Positions 58,886 through 64,000 of a DNA stretch of 64,000 bases are shown here, piece after piece. How positions within the stretch are numbered: position 1 is the stretch's first letter; the number at the start of each line of letters is the position of its first letter. A program made the translations under genes and the position numbers. The DNA comes from an uncultured delta proteobacterium (GTDB lineage Bacteria > Desulfobacterota > Binatia > Binatales > Binataceae). The notes under the pieces were generated by a model. The model saw only the letters and a list, made by a program, of their open reading frames with translations. It was not told the origin of the DNA and did not search any database. The stretch is from assembly GCA_963724395.1 (NCBI GenBank), contig CAVRUK010000006.1, positions 2,379,125-2,443,124 of the forward strand, read 5' to 3'.

Positions 58886-59944
58886 ATGACCACAAAACAG
58901 CGCTATGCGACCCCCGTGGACGCAACCGAATGGGCAATTCCCGGCACCTTCGACACCCTCTTCAAATGGGAATACCAGGAGAGCAGCGACGCGCTGCGCA
59001 AGCTTTACGAGAAGGGCAAGAATCTCCAGTGGAACACCACCACGCGCATCGACTGGTCGCAGGACCTCGATCCTGAAAATCCGCAGGAGCTTCCCGACGA
59101 GACCATCTCGATTTACGGCTCGAACCTCTGGAACCGCCTGACGCGGCAGGAGCGCGCGAACCTGCGCCGCCATATTCAGGCGTGGCAGATCTCGCAATTT
59201 TTGCACGGCGAGCAGGGCGCGCTGATCTGCACCGCGAAAATCGTCCAGCAGGTACCCAACGTCGACGCCAAGTTTTACGCAGCCACTCAAGTGATGGACG
59301 AGGCGCGTCACGTCGAGACCTACTCCCGCCTGCTGCACGAGAAGTTCGACCTCGCCTATCCGATCACTCCGCCGCTGAAGCGCCTGCTCAACGACGTGCT
59401 CAGCGATTCGCGATGGGACATGACTTATCTCGGGATGCAGGTGCTGGTCGAGGGGCTCGCGCTGGCCGCGTTTGCTGGTATCCGCGACACCGCGAAAAAT
59501 TCGCTCGCCGCATCCGTCAACGCATACGTGATGCAGGATGAAGCGCGGCACGTCGCCTTCGGGCGCCTGGCATTGCGCGACTACTATCCCAACCTCACCC
59601 AGCCCGAGCGCGACGAGCGCGAAGAATTCGCCGTCGAGGCCTGCTATCTGATGCGCGACCGCTTCCGCTCCGAGGAAGTGTGGGAAACTCTCGACCTGCC
59701 GGTCGAGCAATGCGTCGAATATGTGGATTCGTCGCCCGACATGCGCGAGTTCCAGGGGCGCCTGTTCTCGCGAATCGTTCCGACCATCAAAAATATCGGG
59801 CTATGGGGCCCCAAGATCCGCCGCGCTTTCGCCAACATGGGCGTGATGGCCTTCGCCCAGCTCGACAGCCAGGAACTGGCAGATAACGACGAGAAGGCAG
59901 CACAAGAGTTCGACGCGCAAATGGGCCGCCGCGAAGACGCCTAG
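58886..59944 (+). CDS. ferritin-like diiron-carboxylate protein (AurF-like oxygenase family)
   Basis: Two E-x-x-H iron-ligand motifs ('DEARHVETY', 'DEARHVAFG') on a four-helix scaffold. Confidence 0.6.
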   Translation: MTTKQRYATPVDATEWAIPGTFDTLFKWEYQESSDALRKLYEKGKNLQWNTTTRIDWSQDLDPENPQELPDETISIYGSNLWNRLTRQERANLRRHIQAWQISQFLHGEQGALICTAKIVQQVPNVDAKFYAATQVMDEARHVETYSRLLHEKFDLAYPITPPLKRLLNDVLSDSRWDMTYLGMQVLVEGLALAAFAGIRDTAKNSLAASVNAYVMQDEARHVAFGRLALRDYYPNLTQPERDEREEFAVEACYLMRDRFRSEEVWETLDLPVEQCVEYVDSSPDMREFQGRLFSRIVPTIKNIGLWGPKIRRAFANMGVMAFAQLDSQELADNDEKAAQEFDAQMGRREDA

Positions 59945-59949
59945 CATCT

Positions 59950-60035
59950 TAGTTTAATGCGGAACCCACCGCGGGTTCCGCACCTCCTTGGGCAGGGGTG
60001 ACCCCTGCACCCAGTGCTAAGAAAGGATGCGGGCG
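59950..60035. repeat. REP/MITE-like intergenic repeat, family A, copy 3 (reverse orientation)
   Basis: Reverse complement of the family A element ('gcggaacccaccgcgggttccgcacctccttgggcaggggtgacccctgcacccagtgctaagaaaggatgcggg'). Confidence 0.8.
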
Positions 60036-60063
60036 GAGCTTACCCTCAGTATTCGTAGGGTCC

Positions 60064-60122
60064 CGGTTAGGAAGTTGTTAGGGGATCCAAACCTCTCCTC
60101 GGACGAGGAGAGGTTCGGATCC
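60064..60122. repeat. short palindromic hairpin repeat, family B
   Basis: 'ggttaggaagttgttagggg..aacctctcct cggacg aggagaggtt cggatcc'. Confidence 0.6.
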
Positions 60123-60173
60123 AGAAAAAAAAAGGATTCTTCACTTCGCTCGAGAATGACACAAAAAAAGTTT

Positions 60174-60268
60174 TAACAGGGACGAAGTCCCGCATCTTTT
60201 TTCTTGGTACTGGGTGCAGGGGTCACCCCTGCCCAAGGAGGTGCGGAACCCACGGTGGGTTCCGCATT
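60174..60268. repeat. REP/MITE-like intergenic repeat, family A, copy 4
   Basis: 'aacagggacgaagtcccgcatc...ctgggtgcaggggtcacccctgcccaaggaggtgcggaacccacggtgggttccgcattaaattaagtg'. Confidence 0.8.
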
Positions 60269-60289
60269 AAATTAAGTGAGCTCCCGTCG

Positions 60290-61996
60290 TCAGCCCATCG
60301 GGCCCTGGTACACCTCTCCGAAGCGGAGGCCGAGCTCTCCCGGAATTGCAAGGTTCGCGTCGCGATTCGTCTTCAGGCAGATGACCGCCGGCCCCTCCGA
60401 TCCCTTCGCACCCTTCAGCGCCGCTTCGAGATCTTCCATCTGCTCGACGTAGAACGCTTTGCACCCCAGACCCTCGGCGACCTTGTCCCATCGCACGGTT
60501 CCCATCTCGGTGCCGAAGGTCTTGCCCCATAGCCGCCGCTCATTCGGCTCCTCCATCGTCCACGAGCCTTCCGCGAACACGATAACTCTGATCTTCAGCC
60601 CTTCACGCGCCGCCGTTTGCATCTCCATGAAATTGAATCCCGCCGCGCCGTCGCCGCTCACGCAGACCACCTCGCGCGCCGGGTTGCCCAGCTTCGCTCC
60701 AATCGCCGACGGAATTCCGGTGCCGAGCATCCCCAGCTCCAGAATGTTCAGGTACGACCGCGGCTTCGTCGATGGGAGGAACCAGAGCGACCACAGTGAA
60801 GTGTTGCCGCCGTCGGCGACGTAGATACTGTCGCCGCCGAAGAACTTGCCGATCGTTTCGATCGCATGCGCCGGATGTATCCCCGGTCCTTTCCACTTCG
60901 CGACCGCGGCAAATCGCTTCTCGCGCCACGTATTCGCCGCGTCTCGATAGCGCGCCATATCTTCGCCGCTTTTGCGCGTGGCGCGCTTCGATTTGAGCAC
61001 TCGCACCAGGCCCTCGAGCGCTGCCTTCGCGTCGGCAACGATTCCGAGCGCCAGCGGCCGCGTGACGCCCATATTGCGCTCATCGATATCCACCTGGATG
61101 AGCTTCTGATTGGCGGGATCGCCCCAGTACTTGTCGTAGGGGATATCGAGGTTGCCCATCCGCGAGCCGGCCACAAGGATCACGTCGGACTCGCGGCGCG
61201 CGAGGTCCGCGCCGGCACCGTAGCCGTAAAGAAAGTTCGGATGGTCGAGCGGCACCGACGATCGCCCGGCGATCGTACCCACCACCGGACAGTTGAGCAG
61301 CTCGACTATCGCCAGCAGAGCTTCGTTCGCGCCGGCGCGATCGACTCCCGCGCCCGAGATCACCAGCGGCCGTTTCGCGCTCGCAAGCATCGCCGCCGCT
61401 TCTTCGAGCTGCGCTTCCGACGGCCGCGGACCCGACGCGCGATACTCCTCCGGCTTCAGCACCCGGACCTTCGAGTCATCACCGGTCGCGTACATCACTG
61501 GCGCCGGTATCTCGATATGTACCGGCCCCGGCCGCCCCGTCCACATCTCGCGAAAGGCAATTCGCATCACTTCGGGAATTCGATCCCACGACAAGATCGG
61601 CCCGCTCCATTTGACCACCGGCTTGAAGATTTCGAGTTGATCCTGCCCCTGGAACGTCGACGGCGGCGACGGATAAACGATCGCCATCCGATGCTGCGCG
61701 GTGATAACCACCACCGGCACCCCTTCATGGCGCGCAGTGATCACGCCGGGTAAAAGATTCGCGGACCCGGGCCCGGGATTGCCGAGCACCGCCGCCACTT
61801 GGCCGGTAGTCTTGTAAAGCCCTTCCGCCATATGGACGGCGGCAGCCTCATGACGCACCGGCACGAATCGCACCTCGTACTGCTCCAGCTTGGCGAGCAG
61901 CGGATCGACCTCGGGACAAGGAATCCCAAACACGAACCGCACACCCTCGCCCACCAGGCACCGCAGCAAAAGCTCAGCACCAGTAATTTCGCTCAT
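60290..61996 (-). CDS. thiamine diphosphate-dependent enzyme (acetolactate synthase / benzoylformate decarboxylase family)
   Basis: TPP_enzyme N/M/C domain order; 'GDGAAGFNFMEMQTA' TPP-binding motif. Start at MSEITGAELL. Confidence 0.8.
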   Translation of the reverse strand: MSEITGAELLLRCLVGEGVRFVFGIPCPEVDPLLAKLEQYEVRFVPVRHEAAAVHMAEGLYKTTGQVAAVLGNPGPGSANLLPGVITARHEGVPVVVITAQHRMAIVYPSPPSTFQGQDQLEIFKPVVKWSGPILSWDRIPEVMRIAFREMWTGRPGPVHIEIPAPVMYATGDDSKVRVLKPEEYRASGPRPSEAQLEEAAAMLASAKRPLVISGAGVDRAGANEALLAIVELLNCPVVGTIAGRSSVPLDHPNFLYGYGAGADLARRESDVILVAGSRMGNLDIPYDKYWGDPANQKLIQVDIDERNMGVTRPLALGIVADAKAALEGLVRVLKSKRATRKSGEDMARYRDAANTWREKRFAAVAKWKGPGIHPAHAIETIGKFFGGDSIYVADGGNTSLWSLWFLPSTKPRSYLNILELGMLGTGIPSAIGAKLGNPAREVVCVSGDGAAGFNFMEMQTAAREGLKIRVIVFAEGSWTMEEPNERRLWGKTFGTEMGTVRWDKVAEGLGCKAFYVEQMEDLEAALKGAKGSEGPAVICLKTNRDANLAIPGELGLRFGEVYQGPMG

Positions 61997-62050
61997 AAAG
62001 ATCCCTCTAAATTCGGACACTACTCGCAATTAAACTTAGAGCAACCCGCC

Positions 62051-62131
62051 AGTTTCCTTAGTACTGGGTGCAGGGGTCACCCCTGCCCAAGGAGGTGCGG
62101 AACCCACGGTGGGTTCCGCATTAAATTGAGT
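62051..62131. repeat. REP/MITE-like intergenic repeat, family A, copy 5
   Basis: 'cagtttccttagtactgggtgcaggggtcacccctgcccaaggaggtgcggaacccacggtgggttccgcattaaattgagtg'. Confidence 0.8.
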
Positions 62132-62179
62132 GAATTACCCTTCCCCAAGTAGCGGCCCCGCCCTGCTATAATCTTCTTC

Positions 62180-63229
62180 GTGCCGGCCCTCGACGTAATC
62201 CTCGCGCCCGCGCTCGCCCCCGACGACCTCCTCGGCTTAGAGCTGCACTTTCTCGACGCCGTCGCCACGCGCCAGACACCGCCAGTCCTGCTGATCTACG
62301 CGTCGCGCGGCCGCTTCATCTCGATCGGCCGCTATCATCTATATTGCGGACCGCCCGAGCGCGACGGCATCAACGTCACGCGGCGTCTGACCGGCGGTCG
62401 TGTCGTCGGCGCGGGCCAGGGATGGCTCGGCATCGCGCTCATCCTCCCGAAGCGCACCGCGCTGCTCAAGGAGAACACAACTCTGCTGAAACCCGATCAG
62501 ATCATGAATCGCTACGCGCGCGGCCTCCTGACCACGATGCGCGCGCTGGGCGTCGATTGTTTCTACCCCGGCCGCGACGCGATAACCTTCGAGCGGCGCG
62601 AGATTGCGATGTGCACGTTCGAGACTGACGCGTCGGGCGCGATGCTGTTCGAGGCGTCCGTCGCGCACAATCGCGGGATGGAAGAATTGGTCCACGATTT
62701 GGAACGTATCGACCCCGACGGCGCGCTCTCGTGCCGCATGTACGACGCCGCGTCCGCCACCAAGATAGTGCGCGAGCTCGCCCGCGACGTCTCTTTCGAC
62801 GAGCTCGCCGGCGCGATCGCGTCGGGCTATCAGAGTTCGCTTGGTGACACTCGACACCGCGATCTGACCGCGCTCGAATCCGCGCAAGCGCAACACCGTG
62901 GTCGCGCCTTGGCCGCTTCGATTTGGCTGCGCGGGCCAGCCGCGCAACGACCACTGAACTTGAAGAATCGAATCGCATCGCAACTCGGCGCAATCGAGGC
63001 CGCAGTCTCGCTCAGCGCCGACAAGACTATCGAGGCCGTGCGCTTGAGCGGGGATTTCATCGCCAACTCTCCGGCAATCGCCGAACTCGAAAGCGAACTT
63101 CGCGGCCGCCCGCTCGACCTGCCGTCGATCTCGCAAGCGGTCACGAAGACCTTCGGACGCAACGAAAATTTCTTTCTCGGCGCGGGCGAGCTCTCCAATC
63201 TCGTGCGCCTAATCGCGGGTGTGAATTGA
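62180..63229 (+). CDS. lipoate-protein ligase A family protein (BPL/LplA/LipB fold)
   Basis: 'RRLTGGRVV' and surrounding pattern of the LplA/LipB catalytic domain. Confidence 0.6.
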   Translation: MPALDVILAPALAPDDLLGLELHFLDAVATRQTPPVLLIYASRGRFISIGRYHLYCGPPERDGINVTRRLTGGRVVGAGQGWLGIALILPKRTALLKENTTLLKPDQIMNRYARGLLTTMRALGVDCFYPGRDAITFERREIAMCTFETDASGAMLFEASVAHNRGMEELVHDLERIDPDGALSCRMYDAASATKIVRELARDVSFDELAGAIASGYQSSLGDTRHRDLTALESAQAQHRGRALAASIWLRGPAAQRPLNLKNRIASQLGAIEAAVSLSADKTIEAVRLSGDFIANSPAIAELESELRGRPLDLPSISQAVTKTFGRNENFFLGAGELSNLVRLIAGVN

Positions 63230-63960
63230 AAGCTTCCGAACAAGACGCCGCGAAGGTCGTCGAGGACCTCATTCGCGAACTCGGCGACGCGTACAAAACC
63301 GTTCAGCGCCGCGCGATCGATGAACTCGTCGCGATGGCCGCGTCCGGCAACCCCTTCGTGATTAAAAAACTCCGCAGCTCGATCGCAAGCGCCGATCGCC
63401 GCGTCCGATGGGCTTCCGCGTACGCACTCGGCCAGATCGGCGGTGGCGCGTTCGCGATGGATTCCGCGGACGCGCTGTGCGAAGCGATGGCCGACGACGA
63501 CGGCGATATTCGATGGGCGGCGACCAACCTGATGGTCCGGCTCGGGCGCGAAAATCTCCCGGCGATTAGCGCGCGCCTGCTGAAGCTCGCCGCCGACACC
63601 GATCGCAACGCGCGCAAGATGGCGCTGTACTGCATTCGCGATCTCGAGATCGCCGGCCCCGAACTGCTCGACGTTGTCGCGGGCGCCGTGCGCGACCCGG
63701 ATGTTCACGTGCGCCTTGCGGCGCTGGCAGTGCTGTCGCGAATGCGCGACGCGTCCGGCGAAGCAGTGAGGATCATGCTCGAATGCCTGAAATCCGATCC
63801 GGATGCGGGCGTGCGGCGCGCCGCCGCTTCCGCTCTCGGCAATATCCACAGCGCGAGCGCTGACGCGACGGCTGCACTCGCCGCCGCCGCCGCCGACCTC
63901 GACGACGAATCGCTCGCACGAGCCGCGCGCGGCTCCCTGAACCGACTGGAGAAACGCTGA
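63226..63960 (+). CDS. HEAT-repeat (PBS-lyase-like) protein
   Basis: Repeated 'D.D..VR..A..AL..I' HEAT-like units. TTG start overlaps the preceding stop (TTGA). Confidence 0.55.
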   Translation: MKASEQDAAKVVEDLIRELGDAYKTVQRRAIDELVAMAASGNPFVIKKLRSSIASADRRVRWASAYALGQIGGGAFAMDSADALCEAMADDDGDIRWAATNLMVRLGRENLPAISARLLKLAADTDRNARKMALYCIRDLEIAGPELLDVVAGAVRDPDVHVRLAALAVLSRMRDASGEAVRIMLECLKSDPDAGVRRAAASALGNIHSASADATAALAAAAADLDDESLARAARGSLNRLEKR

Positions 63961-64000
63961 TGGCAACGACAACGAAAATGAATCAGACCGCGGCGGCGAA

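Overview
High-GC (about 65%) bacterial chromosomal segment with dense coding and frequent GTG/TTG starts (the ORF track prints these as M). I cannot assign taxonomy from sequence alone. It may be an Acidobacteria-, Deltaproteobacteria- or candidate-phylum-like genome, and the presence of a selenoprotein fits that range.

Left arm (1-14.4 kb) is housekeeping. On the minus strand it carries ihfB-rpsA-cmk-tyrA-hisC-pheA (the E. coli-like cmk-rpsA-ihfB arrangement extended by aromatic amino acid genes), then accA, miaA, mutL (mutL and miaA overlap by 4 nt) and rpmB.

At 14.0-14.4 kb there is an E. coli ArsC-type arsenate reductase whose catalytic Cys codon is an in-frame TGA. It has a strong SD-ATG and a downstream hairpin, so it is a putative selenocysteine-containing ArsC. 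The ORF track hides it.

From about 18.5 to 57 kb lies a roughly 37 kb polysaccharide (EPS/O-antigen-like) biosynthesis and export locus, almost entirely on the minus strand. It contains a Wza-like OPX exporter, a Wzc BY-kinase, an O-antigen-ligase-domain protein fused to TPR repeats, a second Wzy-like polymerase, a Wzx flippase, ten GT4 glycosyltransferases (two of them clear paralogs), three FkbM methyltransferases, a DegT-class sugar aminotransferase, an acyltransferase-3 protein, a giant secreted right-handed beta-helix (pectate-lyase-fold) protein, and a WecA/MraY-family priming phosphoglycosyltransferase with an extra C-terminal domain.

Two small secreted proteins at the distal end of the locus share an unusual C-terminal module: a Cys, then a Gly/Ala hydrophobic stretch, then an 'FSGGGG..TP' tail. 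This resembles a sorting signal but matches no named one.

A lower-GC stretch at 52-55 kb contains a lipoprotein gene and remnants of a GT-C glycosyltransferase pseudogene.

Intergenic regions carry two families of REP/MITE-like palindromic repeats: a roughly 90 bp two-hairpin element with 5 copies in both orientations, and short 'inverted repeat + GGTTAGG' hairpins.

The right arm has an HtrA-like protease, an AurF-like diiron protein, a TPP enzyme, a lipoate-protein ligase-like gene and a HEAT-repeat protein. I recognised no rRNA, tRNA, CRISPR array or obvious mobile element.
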